Source of the DNA: Nitrospinales bacterium
GTDB taxonomy: Bacteria; Nitrospinota; Nitrospinia; Nitrospinales; VA-1
Length of the DNA: 64,000 bases
Direction: 5' to 3'
Assembly (NCBI GenBank): GCA_047610985.1
Contig: JBLFWU010000008.1
Location: 7,025 to 71,024 of the forward strand
Shown here: one piece after another, positions 8,758 through 18,304 of the stretch
How the letters are laid out: each line of letters opens with the position of its first letter
How positions within the stretch are numbered: the stretch's first letter is position 1
The notes under the pieces: model-generated
The model's database searches: none
The model's input: only the letters and a program-made list of their open reading frames with translations
What the model was told of the DNA's origin: nothing
Position numbers and translations under genes: made by a program

Positions 8758-9854
8758 GGGGTTTTAGAGTTCTTGTTTAATAACTTTATTATTTTAACAT
8801 TTGCAGCAGGGAAGGGGTATTGCTCCAATTCATTTGGTTTTACCCATTTCCAGTCATCACATGCAGTGGGGGAGAGTGTCCCTGAATATATTTGGCATTG
8901 AAAAACATGAAGCGTTACCCGAAAGCGAGTATAGCTATGGCGGTGAGTCATTAACTTTTCCCCAATGCGAATATTAACTCCAAGCTCTTCCTTTATTTCT
9001 CGACGCAAACATTCCGTTTCTGTTTCACCCGATTCCCTTTTTCCACCAGGAAACTCCCAAAGTCCACCCATTAATCCTTTGGCTCTACGCTTTTGAATGT
9101 ACACACACCCTTTTTTTAAAATCACTGCTGCACTAACCTGAAGTTTGGATATTTTAATCGTGGTCTTAGAGGGTGGAAAGAATTCCTGTTTGTCAGATTG
9201 ATTGGCTTCGCAAAGTCGCTTGAGTGGACACTCTTTGCAGAAAGGATTATTTGGAAGACAGACGGTGGCACCCAGCTCCATGAAAGCCTGGTTGAAATCA
9301 CCACACCTTTTTTCAGGGAGTAAATCTTCCATAGTGTTCCAGAGTCGTGTCTCTGATTTTTTGTTATTCCCATTGTCATTTAACAACATCAATCTTGACA
9401 ATACTCGCTTTACATTGCCATCTAAAACGGGAACCCTTTTATCAAAAGCGATACTCAACACGGCCCCTGCCGTGTAGCGTCCGACACCGGGTAATTCTAA
9501 AATATTTTTCATTGAGTCAGGAACTTTGCCTTTAAATTCGTGTTGGATATGAATTGCAGATTTTCTCAAGTTCCTGGCGCGCGAATAATATCCTAGTCCC
9601 TCCCAATGTTTCAGTACATTTGTTTCACTTGCGGCGGCCAACTTTTTAACTGTTGGGAAAGATTTCATCCATTTTTTATAATAGGGGATAACCGTTTTGA
9701 CCTGCGTTTGTTGCAGCATAAATTCTGATACGAGAATTCGATAGGGATCGAGGTTTTTACGCCAGGGCATATCGCGTTTTTGCTCGTCATACCAATTTAG
9801 TAGGCGAGATTGTAGATTTTTTATTTTTTTGAGTGCAATCATAATGGAAGGCAA
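8754..9854 (-). CDS. mutY: A/G-specific adenine DNA glycosylase MutY
   Basis: HhH-GPD motif LPGVGRYTAGAVLSIAF, 4Fe-4S cysteine cluster CLPNNPFCKECPLKRLC, and a C-terminal NUDIX-like domain (GLWEFPGGK...REIKEELG). Confidence 0.9.
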   Translation of the reverse strand: MPSIMIALKKIKNLQSRLLNWYDEQKRDMPWRKNLDPYRILVSEFMLQQTQVKTVIPYYKKWMKSFPTVKKLAAASETNVLKHWEGLGYYSRARNLRKSAIHIQHEFKGKVPDSMKNILELPGVGRYTAGAVLSIAFDKRVPVLDGNVKRVLSRLMLLNDNGNNKKSETRLWNTMEDLLPEKRCGDFNQAFMELGATVCLPNNPFCKECPLKRLCEANQSDKQEFFPPSKTTIKISKLQVSAAVILKKGCVYIQKRRAKGLMGGLWEFPGGKRESGETETECLRREIKEELGVNIRIGEKLMTHRHSYTRFRVTLHVFQCQIYSGTLSPTACDDWKWVKPNELEQYPFPAANVKIIKLLNKNSKTP

Positions 9855-9956
9855 GGTCTCAATAGAAATTGCGCACTGATTTAATAACAGAATGATGTCC
9901 TAATAATTGCGATCTGCGGCTCTAACTAGAGGGTTGTCTGGCTCTCATTTAGCAGT

Positions 9957-10595
9957 TTAGACCCCTTGGGTTTCCTTGCTCCAGATTATTTTATGCAATT
10001 GGGTTTGCAGGCGAACGGGGAGCCGGTCTTCAAGAATCCATTTGACCATCTCCTTCAGCTCAAGTTTATCAAAAACAGGAGAAAATAGAATAGGAGCGGT
10101 TTCATTGATCTTATGCTTTTTTATTAAGTCGCGGCTCCATTCATAATCCTGTCTATTCAGGATTACGAATTTAACTTCATCATGTGGGGCAAGGAGTTTT
10201 AAATTATCCAGATTATTCTTTTCATGCTCACCACTTCCGGGACATTTTATATCCATAATCTTTATTACATCTCGAGGTACTTTTTTCAGTGACAATGAAC
10301 CTCCCGTTTCCAGCATGACTTGATAGCCATTTTTAAGAAGTGTATTCATTAAGGGGTAGACGTCTTCCTGCATCAACGGTTCTCCGCCGGTGATTTCAAC
10401 AAGGTTTACCCCAAAACTTTCTACTTCTTTAAGCGTTTGATCAATGCTCTGGGTTTTCCCCTCATGGAAGGCATAGGCCGTGTCACACCAGACGCACCGA
10501 AGGTTGCAACCGGTCAATCGAATGAAAACACAGGGTAACCCTGTGTGGGAGGATTCCCCCTGAACGCTCAAATAAATTTCGTTAACTTTAATCAT
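9957..10595 (-). CDS. queE: 7-carboxy-7-deazaguanine synthase (radical SAM)
   Basis: Radical-SAM motif CNLRCVWCDT, N-terminal QGES motif, 212 aa. Confidence 0.9.
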   Translation of the reverse strand: MIKVNEIYLSVQGESSHTGLPCVFIRLTGCNLRCVWCDTAYAFHEGKTQSIDQTLKEVESFGVNLVEITGGEPLMQEDVYPLMNTLLKNGYQVMLETGGSLSLKKVPRDVIKIMDIKCPGSGEHEKNNLDNLKLLAPHDEVKFVILNRQDYEWSRDLIKKHKINETAPILFSPVFDKLELKEMVKWILEDRLPVRLQTQLHKIIWSKETQGV

Positions 10596-10646
10596 TTCGT
10601 AAGTGTTATAGCAAGACGGGTACAGAGTAGAAAGTATAGTGCATTT

Positions 10647-12131
10647 TCAAGTCTCTTGAACCTGTTTTGAGGGTAGAGCAATAATGAAGGTAGAACCTTC
10701 TCCTAAAGAACTTTTTGCTGTGATAGTGCCGCCGTGACGTTCAATTATTCTTTTGCAAATAGAAAGGCCCATTCCCGTGCCTTCATATTCGCTTCTTCCA
10801 ACCAGTCGCTCAAGAGGTTTGAATGCTTTTTCCATATATTTTTGATTGAAGCCGATGCCATTATCCTTAACTGATATTTTGTGAATAAAGTTTCCATTGG
10901 AGGAGTGAGATAATTCAGATGTGATTTCAATGACAGGTGGATTTCCATTTTTTTGAAACTTCAGAGAATTGCTGATCAAATTGGTGAACACCTGCTGTAT
11001 TTGAAATGGATGAATTTCTATTTCTGGTAAAGGACCTAATTGGATTTTCCCCTTTGATTTTCTGATTTTTAATTCTAAGTCTAATAATACTTGTTGGATG
11101 ACGTCTTCCAATTTAATTGGATGGAATTCATAATCCGTTTGCGCGATCACTTTGGAGTAATTGAGAAGATCCGAAATCAGGAGGCTCATTCTTCGCGATG
11201 CGTTCTGCATTCGTTTAAGGTATTCGGAGCCTTTCTCATTAGAGAAATCAGGATTGGAACTTAAAAGAAATTGTTCAAGTCGATCTCCAAACGTTACAAT
11301 TTTCCGTAAGGGCTCGTTGAAGTCATGCGAAGCGATATAGATAAAGTCCTTAAGTTCATTATTCCTTTTCTCAAGCTCTTTGGAGTATTTTTGAAGCTCC
11401 CAAGATTTTTTTTCAAGATTATTGACAACATAATTAATCTCATCGATCAAGTGATTATAAGCAGTGCATAGTTCTGCAACTTCGTCTTTGCTTTCCGTTA
11501 GAATAGGAGGCCGCCTTTGGCCTGGAGAAAATTTTAGTGCCGCATCTTTTAATTTAATAATGTCTTTTGTAAGGATTTGGCTGAGAGTTACTGTTATAAG
11601 AGTGCCGATTAAAAGTATTGCCATACATACAAGCAGGGTTCTCATTTTTGCAGCCTGCATTTGTTGCTGTAAATTTTTTAAAGAGTAACCAATAATTAAA
11701 TTTCCAAAAGTTTCCTTTTCAAAATGGATCGGTGTGGAGAAAAAACAAATATCTCCGATATGAAATAATTCTTTAGTATGAATAGATGCAGGTAAGTTTA
11801 ATTTTGAATTATTAGGATTGTAGGAAGAGATGAGATGATCCTTCTCATTAAAAATCCCTAAATAGGCCAGATCGGGATTTTTTTTCATTCCTTCTACTGT
11901 TTGAGTGAGTGCTGTAAAGTCCAGAAATTTGTAACTTGCCCCAATGGTGGTAGAAAAGATCGCACCCATTTCCTGAACTTTTTTTCCTAATCGTAGGTTC
12001 GCATCTTTTTCCTGTTGCTGTGTAGAATAAAATGCGATGAAGGAAATGGTAAGGGTCAAGGTCAACATGGAACAAAGCATAAACTTTGTGCGAATGGAAT
12101 AACCTGAAATTTTTCTTATTGGTGAAAACAT
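10647..12131 (-). CDS. Membrane sensor histidine kinase (periplasmic sensor, HAMP, HisKA, HATPase)
   Basis: Two TM segments flank a roughly 140-aa extracytoplasmic region. H-box IASHDFNEPLRKI and G-boxes DNGIGF / GTGMGLSICKRIIERHGG. There is no adjacent response regulator. Confidence 0.85.
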   Translation of the reverse strand: MFSPIRKISGYSIRTKFMLCSMLTLTLTISFIAFYSTQQQEKDANLRLGKKVQEMGAIFSTTIGASYKFLDFTALTQTVEGMKKNPDLAYLGIFNEKDHLISSYNPNNSKLNLPASIHTKELFHIGDICFFSTPIHFEKETFGNLIIGYSLKNLQQQMQAAKMRTLLVCMAILLIGTLITVTLSQILTKDIIKLKDAALKFSPGQRRPPILTESKDEVAELCTAYNHLIDEINYVVNNLEKKSWELQKYSKELEKRNNELKDFIYIASHDFNEPLRKIVTFGDRLEQFLLSSNPDFSNEKGSEYLKRMQNASRRMSLLISDLLNYSKVIAQTDYEFHPIKLEDVIQQVLLDLELKIRKSKGKIQLGPLPEIEIHPFQIQQVFTNLISNSLKFQKNGNPPVIEITSELSHSSNGNFIHKISVKDNGIGFNQKYMEKAFKPLERLVGRSEYEGTGMGLSICKRIIERHGGTITAKSSLGEGSTFIIALPSKQVQET

Positions 12132-12192
12132 TCTAGGGTTGGGGCCTTGTTCTAATAAGCATAAATTGAATCCTTTATGATTAATGAAAATA

Positions 12193-12600
12193 TCATTTTA
12201 CATGTATTAGAATTTTATCAGTAATGGCTGGGTTATAAGGAACATGGTCGGCATAAGAAAACAGAGCACGAATAACATGCTGGCCTGAAACAAGGTTCAC
12301 AGTTTTGCATTTTGAACCATCCGACATATGAATTGCATCATTTTTTCCTATGGGAATATCCAAGTCGCTAGGCAGTGAAGAAAATAGAATATGATGATGC
12401 CCATATCCTTCCCTCACCCCATTGTCTTCATGCTCAAGAATTATGCCTTCTATTTTCATGCAAATTTTAACTGGATTGCTTACAATCTCATTTGGTTTGG
12501 GTTCAACAATGGTTACCTTGGCTTTTGGGGTGCCCAAGGCAGTGGAAGAAATCAAAGCAAAACTAAAAATTAGGATAAAAATATACTTGGTTTGCCTCAT
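12193..12600 (-). CDS. Small secreted protein, DUF4399-like
   Basis: Signal peptide MRQTKYIFILIFSFALISSTALG and a GYGHHHILF motif reminiscent of DUF4399 (from memory, not verified). Confidence 0.55.
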   Translation of the reverse strand: MRQTKYIFILIFSFALISSTALGTPKAKVTIVEPKPNEIVSNPVKICMKIEGIILEHEDNGVREGYGHHHILFSSLPSDLDIPIGKNDAIHMSDGSKCKTVNLVSGQHVIRALFSYADHVPYNPAITDKILIHVK

Positions 12601-12847
12601 GATGGCTCCAGAGTATGAAAATAGTTATTCCAATGTAATTGTATCTTTATTTCTCAATTAAAATAGACATTTTATTTTAAAAAAATATAACTGCTATGTT
12701 GTAAAGATATCCTTCGTGATCAATATTCACATGTCGGAACGCCTTAAATTAAGAGCTTATTAAGTCTATGGTTCCTGAAATTCAGGTAGAATGCAAAGAG
12801 AAAAAATTGGAGCCAACTAAAACACAACAAGCTCGGTTTTCTTGCAA

Positions 12848-13813
12848 ATGATTAGAATAATTTCCATCATCTTACTGGTTAATGTTTTTCTGATAGGTTC
12901 TTCACTTAATCCAGTCAGGGCAAAAGAAATATCTGATTGGGGAAGGATAAATCCGAAGCTTAAAAGGGTTTTGCCTTTAAAAAGTACTGGAAACCCTGAT
13001 GATGAAAATGAATGCCTTCTTTGCCATAAAAAATATATCAGAGCATTTGGAAAAACAATTCACGCTAAAATATTTGTTTCCCGAAAAGGAAAACTTTTAG
13101 GGAGTGCTTGTGAAACCTGCCATGGGCCGATGGTCAGGCACTTACGAGGTAAAACTCGTAAAGAAAGAAACTCTTCAGTTGTCTCCTTTAAATCAATAAG
13201 CCAGAAAAAGAAAGATTTTATTTGTCTTCAATGTCACGATGGGGGATCGAATGACTATTGGCAGGGTAGCTTGCATGAAATGTCGGATGTCACATGTATT
13301 GATTGCCATTATATATTGAAAAAGAGAAGTAAACGCGGACCTTATATAAGTGAAAACCCGAATAGAACATGCTTCCAATGTCATAGAGGGGTAAGAGCAA
13401 AATTTCAAAGGGCATCTCACATGCCAGAAAGAGAAGGAAAGGTTCTATGTAGCAATTGTCACGATGCCCATGGAGGGCCAGGTGATAGTCTTCTAAAACG
13501 ACCTACGGTTAATGAAACCTGCTATCAATGCCATCAGGAAAAGCGTGGTCCAAATATCTGGGAACACCCGCCGGTTCGAGAAAACTGTTCCAACTGCCAC
13601 GATCCTCATGGATCCAACTTCAAGGCGCTTTTAAAATTAAAGCCACCCTATCTTTGTCAGCAATGCCATATGAATGAATTTCATCCTAGTTCTATTTATG
13701 AGGGAAGTGATCTTGCTAATAATGAAGAGCGTATTATTGAAAAATCTTGTTTAAATTGTCATAGTGTGATCCATGGTTCGAGTCATCCATCAGGAGCGAG
13801 ATTCCAAAGGTAA
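12848..13813 (+). CDS. Periplasmic decaheme c-type cytochrome, MtrA/DmsE/PioA/MtoA-like
   Basis: Ten CxxCH motifs: CLLCH, CETCH, CLQCH, CIDCH, CFQCH, CSNCH, CYQCH, CSNCH, CQQCH, CLNCH. N-terminal signal peptide, about 320 aa, C-terminus CLNCHSVIHGSSHPSG. An alternative TTG start lies at 12842. Confidence 0.85.
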   Translation: MIRIISIILLVNVFLIGSSLNPVRAKEISDWGRINPKLKRVLPLKSTGNPDDENECLLCHKKYIRAFGKTIHAKIFVSRKGKLLGSACETCHGPMVRHLRGKTRKERNSSVVSFKSISQKKKDFICLQCHDGGSNDYWQGSLHEMSDVTCIDCHYILKKRSKRGPYISENPNRTCFQCHRGVRAKFQRASHMPEREGKVLCSNCHDAHGGPGDSLLKRPTVNETCYQCHQEKRGPNIWEHPPVRENCSNCHDPHGSNFKALLKLKPPYLCQQCHMNEFHPSSIYEGSDLANNEERIIEKSCLNCHSVIHGSSHPSGARFQR

Positions 13814-13844
13814 TTTGCCGACACTTGCATAGGGTTTTATTTTT

Positions 13845-16142
13845 ATGAGATCAATTAAAATCCTGAATTTAGTTCCAACTGTTTTTTTTCTCTTTCTCCT
13901 CACGGGTATTTCTCATTCGCAGGAAAATTTGCAGAGTATTGTTCCAAAAATCCCTGTCCAAAAAGGAGGGTTGGAATCCGTCTTGCTTGATGGATTGGAA
14001 AAAGACCAAGACTGGGTGGAAGAAGGATTAACTGGGAATTATAGTATGGGCGGTGTTGGGGCGGTTTTAAGCAATCAGTCTTCCAGGCTCATGAAATTTA
14101 ATGGGATGAAGAATGATTCCGGATATTTTCATGGTAATGCCGACCTTTCTTATCATCGAGGCTCTTATTTTGCGAATTTTTTAGCAGAAGATATCGGATT
14201 TGAAAACCGGAATCTTCTTTTAGATTTCGGGAAATACGATGATTATAAACTCACGGCCAGCTTCAGTCAGAGCTCCCAACTTTTGACGGATAATAGCAAG
14301 ACTCCCTTGGAAGGGTTGGGTGGAAGTAATTTTACTCTTCCCACAGGTTTTGTTACAGGCCCGAGTGGGGCGACCATATCAGTTGCAGGGGTAAAGGACT
14401 CGGACTTGAAAATAGACGGTAGAGATACTACAGTATTTGGGTTTTTAAAATCAGTCGGGAAAAATACGTTTGGCTTGAACTACAAAAGAGAAACAAAAAA
14501 TGGCTCCAGATCGTTGGGAGCGGTTGTGGGCACCAACGGTGGAAATGCAAGAAGCATCGTATTGCCAGAAACATTTGATCAAACTACCAATGAGATGACT
14601 GCGAGTTTTTTACATGTTGATGAAAACAGCCAGCTTAAAGTCGAGTACTTTCTTTCCCTGTTTGACAATCGAATAGAATCGGTAACTTTTCAAAGTCCTT
14701 ATTCCGGAGATATCGATTTAAGCGTCGGCGGGGTAGTCACGGCCCCCGGTGCAGGGCTTATTTCAAGGGCTCCGGATAATAGTTATCACCGGTTCAGCGC
14801 ATCGGGTCGCTGGAACTTATCAAGAACCGCCAGGGTTTCCGCTGTTATGGAATATGGATTGATGTCGCAGGATGATAAATTGTTCGCCTTTGCATTGGGT
14901 ACCAGTACCGATCTTCTTCCCCGCCAATCAGCGGAAGCAAAAACACACAGCCTCCATTTTAGTCTCAATGCTTCTGCCCGACCGGTGAAAAATCTAAGTG
15001 TGAGTACCCATTACCGGCATTACCAAACTATCAACGATACGCCCAGCACTTTGTTTTTAGCTGTTGTCAATGACACACAGGGTCAGGTTGCTGGAAATAG
15101 CGCAAGGGCTCTGATCAGCCAACCTTATGATACGACTCAGGATCAGATGAAGCTGGATGCTTCATATAGGGTTTTCAAGGCGACTCATTTTAAGCTGGGG
15201 TATGAAGTTGAACTCATGCAACGCAGTCACCGGGCAGTTGAAGAGTCTTGGGAAAATACATTTAAAGGCAGCATCCGGTCCACCTATATCCCTAATACCA
15301 GTATCAACCTTAAAGGCTCCTTTGCAAAAAAAGTTGCCGATGAATACGATGCCTTTCAAATATTCTCTGACCGACATACAGCTTCTTTTGTAGCAGGTTC
15401 TTCAGGATTTGATTCGCTTCCGGAGTTACGAAGGCTGGATGTTGCCAACCGGGATAGATCAAAAATGGGTGCTAACATCTCGTGGTTCCCTTCAGATTTT
15501 TATACCTTTGGAATCAATTACCAATATCAGGAAGACGATCACCCGGAATCGCCGATGGGATTAAGAACCCGTCGCAATCAAAATGTAACATTTGATGCCA
15601 ACTATTCTCCGAGTGATACGCAATCAATTTTTATTTTCTACACTTTTTCGAAAATGGATGCCGAGCAAAATGGCAGAGACCATAATCAATTTGCTGCAGG
15701 CTCAGCAAACGATGTGACCCGAAACTGGCGTGTGGATCATGACGACAAAACCCATACTATAGGCTTGGGATCACGTACCAAGTTCATGGAAAACCGATTG
15801 TCCTTTAACATTGACTATAGCTTTACGCAAAGTATCAGTAATACTACCTTTGCTGCGGGATCCAATGCCGCTGTAGCCAACCCTACTGAAATGCCCAACC
15901 TTGGTACGGTAAGGCATAGTTTTGAAACAATAGGGGAGTATAAAATAAATGAAAACTTGAGTTGGGGGATCAGTTATTTATATGAAAATTATAAGGAAGA
16001 TGATTTCGCGACGGATAATTTCGACCCAGGTTCAGTATTTGATACCGGTACTATAGCCAGTGTGATTCCACTTACCGGTTCTAATCAAGACTACAATGGC
16101 CATATTTTTATGGTGTTCGCTTCCTACCAGTTAGGGAATTAA
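13845..16142 (+). CDS. Outer-membrane beta-barrel protein, MtrB/PioB-like (decaheme-associated porin)
   Basis: The 765-aa protein has a signal peptide (LLTGISHSQE). Composition is rich in Ser/Thr/Asn/Gly/Tyr with alternating-strand character. It starts 32 nt after the decaheme cytochrome gene, matching the size and gene order of MtrB/PioB/MtoB. Confidence 0.6.
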   Translation: MRSIKILNLVPTVFFLFLLTGISHSQENLQSIVPKIPVQKGGLESVLLDGLEKDQDWVEEGLTGNYSMGGVGAVLSNQSSRLMKFNGMKNDSGYFHGNADLSYHRGSYFANFLAEDIGFENRNLLLDFGKYDDYKLTASFSQSSQLLTDNSKTPLEGLGGSNFTLPTGFVTGPSGATISVAGVKDSDLKIDGRDTTVFGFLKSVGKNTFGLNYKRETKNGSRSLGAVVGTNGGNARSIVLPETFDQTTNEMTASFLHVDENSQLKVEYFLSLFDNRIESVTFQSPYSGDIDLSVGGVVTAPGAGLISRAPDNSYHRFSASGRWNLSRTARVSAVMEYGLMSQDDKLFAFALGTSTDLLPRQSAEAKTHSLHFSLNASARPVKNLSVSTHYRHYQTINDTPSTLFLAVVNDTQGQVAGNSARALISQPYDTTQDQMKLDASYRVFKATHFKLGYEVELMQRSHRAVEESWENTFKGSIRSTYIPNTSINLKGSFAKKVADEYDAFQIFSDRHTASFVAGSSGFDSLPELRRLDVANRDRSKMGANISWFPSDFYTFGINYQYQEDDHPESPMGLRTRRNQNVTFDANYSPSDTQSIFIFYTFSKMDAEQNGRDHNQFAAGSANDVTRNWRVDHDDKTHTIGLGSRTKFMENRLSFNIDYSFTQSISNTTFAAGSNAAVANPTEMPNLGTVRHSFETIGEYKINENLSWGISYLYENYKEDDFATDNFDPGSVFDTGTIASVIPLTGSNQDYNGHIFMVFASYQLGN

Positions 16143-16221
16143 TTGTTTGCAGCAATTATTTGGACTTTACTCGCTAAAATATTAAGCTTAGACTTATTTT
16201 TTTATTTAAGGAAGAAAACTT

Positions 16222-16764
16222 GTGGCAAAATTTTATACAGAACTTGATGCAAAATTAGAGGAATTTATTGCTAACCAAAAAATATTTTTTGTGGGCACCG
16301 CCGGTCAAGAAAGTCGTGTCAATGTGTCTCCCAAGGGTATGGACAGTCTTCGAATTCTGAATGCAAATCAGTTGATATGGCTCAATCTCACTGGAAGTGG
16401 TAACGAAACTGCGGCCCATGTGCTGGAGCAGCCTCGTATGACGCTCATGTTCTGCGCGTTTGAAGGAAAACCGCTGATATTAAGAGTTTATGGAAAAGCC
16501 AAAGCCGTTCACCCGAGGGATGACGAATGGGCGGAGTGGATTGACCGGTTTCCAAAATACCCAGGCTCGCGACAAATATTTTTACTTGATATCGATTCTG
16601 TGCAAACCTCATGCGGTTTTGCTGTACCCAACTACCAACATCAGGAAGATCGTGGTGATCTTATTTATTGGACGGAGAAAATTGGTGAAGATGGAGTGAA
16701 AAACTATTGGAAAGAAAAAAATCAGGTAAGCATTGATGGCAAGCCCACCGAGATTTTTAAGTAA
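16222..16764 (+). CDS. Pyridoxamine 5'-phosphate oxidase-like (FMN-binding split barrel) family protein
   Basis: GTG start with AAGGAAG about 7 nt upstream. Sequence pattern FFVGTAG...VNVSPKG...LTGSGNET is typical of the PNPOx-like family. Confidence 0.65.
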   Translation: MAKFYTELDAKLEEFIANQKIFFVGTAGQESRVNVSPKGMDSLRILNANQLIWLNLTGSGNETAAHVLEQPRMTLMFCAFEGKPLILRVYGKAKAVHPRDDEWAEWIDRFPKYPGSRQIFLLDIDSVQTSCGFAVPNYQHQEDRGDLIYWTEKIGEDGVKNYWKEKNQVSIDGKPTEIFK

Positions 16765-16812
16765 ACTCGGGGCCAATTTGGAGCTAACACTCTGGTAAAG
16801 GTATTTTGTTTG

Positions 16813-18231
16813 TCATATGCCTAAGCGGCTGGTGAGAATGCGTGTTCCCATGCGGGCTTTGGCGGTGAAGTCTGCCCATGATCGTAATTTGGTGATCTGC
16901 TTCATAAGGTAGGTGGGACTGCGATAGAACCGTGCATGGCATTCGTCCTGAAGTTCCCGTAATTCTTCTTCAGAGAAATCTTTGTTCCAGAATTTGATTT
17001 TAAAATCGGCAGATGGATTTTCTGCGAATTCCTGCCAGTAATCTTCTGGAACGATTCCCTCCTCCAGCATTTGAAAATAAAGTTCTACTTTAGGGTAGGG
17101 TGTGCAGATGGAAAATTGCGCGTAATCGGGTTTTAGTTTTTTTGCGAAGTTTACGGTTTCGAACATTTCTTCTTTAGTTTCGTGAGGAATGCCGATCATC
17201 ATATAAGCGAAGAACCCAATTCCCGCATCTCGCGTCATTTTACAGGCGCGTTCCACTTTTTCAGGAGTCTGGCCTTTCTGCAGGTATTTCAGGTGTTTTG
17301 GGCTGGCTGATTCTATTCCAAAATGGATGCGATAACAGCCCGCCCGTTTCAACGCCGCGACAACTTCTTCGTTGATAGTATCAACACGGGCAGAAATTTT
17401 GAAATGGATTTTAATGCCGCGCTCGACAATAAGATCGCAAATGGCGAGAACATTCTTTTTATCGATAGTGATTGTATCGTCTACAAAGAATAGATCATCG
17501 ACTCCCATTTTTGCCAATTGTTCAACTTCATCGACCACATTTTCAGGGCTGCGAATACGAAACTTGGTTTTGCGAATATCGCAGAATGAACAAGCCGCTG
17601 GGCAACCGCGTGTCGCTTGAATGGTGAAAAATTGCCTGCCTTCACCAATAATATGTTTGTAGCTTCCAATATCTACCAGATGTCGTGCGGGAAACGGTAG
17701 TTCATTCAGATCCAGCAGTTCCGTTTCTGCAGGGTTGACATGCTCTTCACCATTTGCTTTGTACCCAAGGCCGTTGATGGGTTTTAATGATTTTTTATTT
17801 TCCAGTGCCTGAATCAAGCTGGTGAAAATCTTTTCACCTTCACCGAATACCACATAATCGATTTCGGGTTGATGCAGTGTTTCCTTAGAATATAAATTTA
17901 CATGCGGCCCACCGAGGCAAACTTTAAGATTTGGGTTCTCCTGCTTGAGAAGGCGCGCGGTGTGTAAGGCATCCAGTAGATTGAAGGTCATAATGCTCAT
18001 AGCGACCATATCGGGCTGAATCTCCCTCACGCGGCGGGATAATTCTTCCTGAGAAACATTTTCAGGAGGACAATCGATGAAATCAGGCCGGTTACCTGTT
18101 TCGCGCTCATAATAAGCCGCAACATAGAGCAACCCCAGTTTCGGGTAGTAGCCTTTGCCACCTTCGAGTGCTTTAGGCACCGAAGATTCAAGGGAGATGG
18201 TTTCGGGTGGGACGAGGAATAAAATTTTCAT
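16813..18231 (-). CDS. B12-binding domain radical SAM protein
   Basis: N-terminal cobalamin-binding-like Rossmann region. Radical-SAM cluster motif ATRGCPAACSFCD (Cx3Cx2C). 472 aa. Confidence 0.85.
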   Translation of the reverse strand: MKILFLVPPETISLESSVPKALEGGKGYYPKLGLLYVAAYYERETGNRPDFIDCPPENVSQEELSRRVREIQPDMVAMSIMTFNLLDALHTARLLKQENPNLKVCLGGPHVNLYSKETLHQPEIDYVVFGEGEKIFTSLIQALENKKSLKPINGLGYKANGEEHVNPAETELLDLNELPFPARHLVDIGSYKHIIGEGRQFFTIQATRGCPAACSFCDIRKTKFRIRSPENVVDEVEQLAKMGVDDLFFVDDTITIDKKNVLAICDLIVERGIKIHFKISARVDTINEEVVAALKRAGCYRIHFGIESASPKHLKYLQKGQTPEKVERACKMTRDAGIGFFAYMMIGIPHETKEEMFETVNFAKKLKPDYAQFSICTPYPKVELYFQMLEEGIVPEDYWQEFAENPSADFKIKFWNKDFSEEELRELQDECHARFYRSPTYLMKQITKLRSWADFTAKARMGTRILTSRLGI

Positions 18232-18304
18232 GGGCTTGAACCACTTTTTCCTTTAAAATCAGACTCTTATTTTACCACAAATTATTTTGAAAGGACGGTC
18301 TAGA

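Noticed and set aside
12716-12730. CRP/FNR-like palindrome gtgatcaatattcac upstream of the decaheme cytochrome gene
   Set aside because: Only 4-bp arms are complementary, and the spacing (7 nt) does not fit TGTGA-N6-TCACA or TTGAT-N4-ATCAA. The evidence is too weak.
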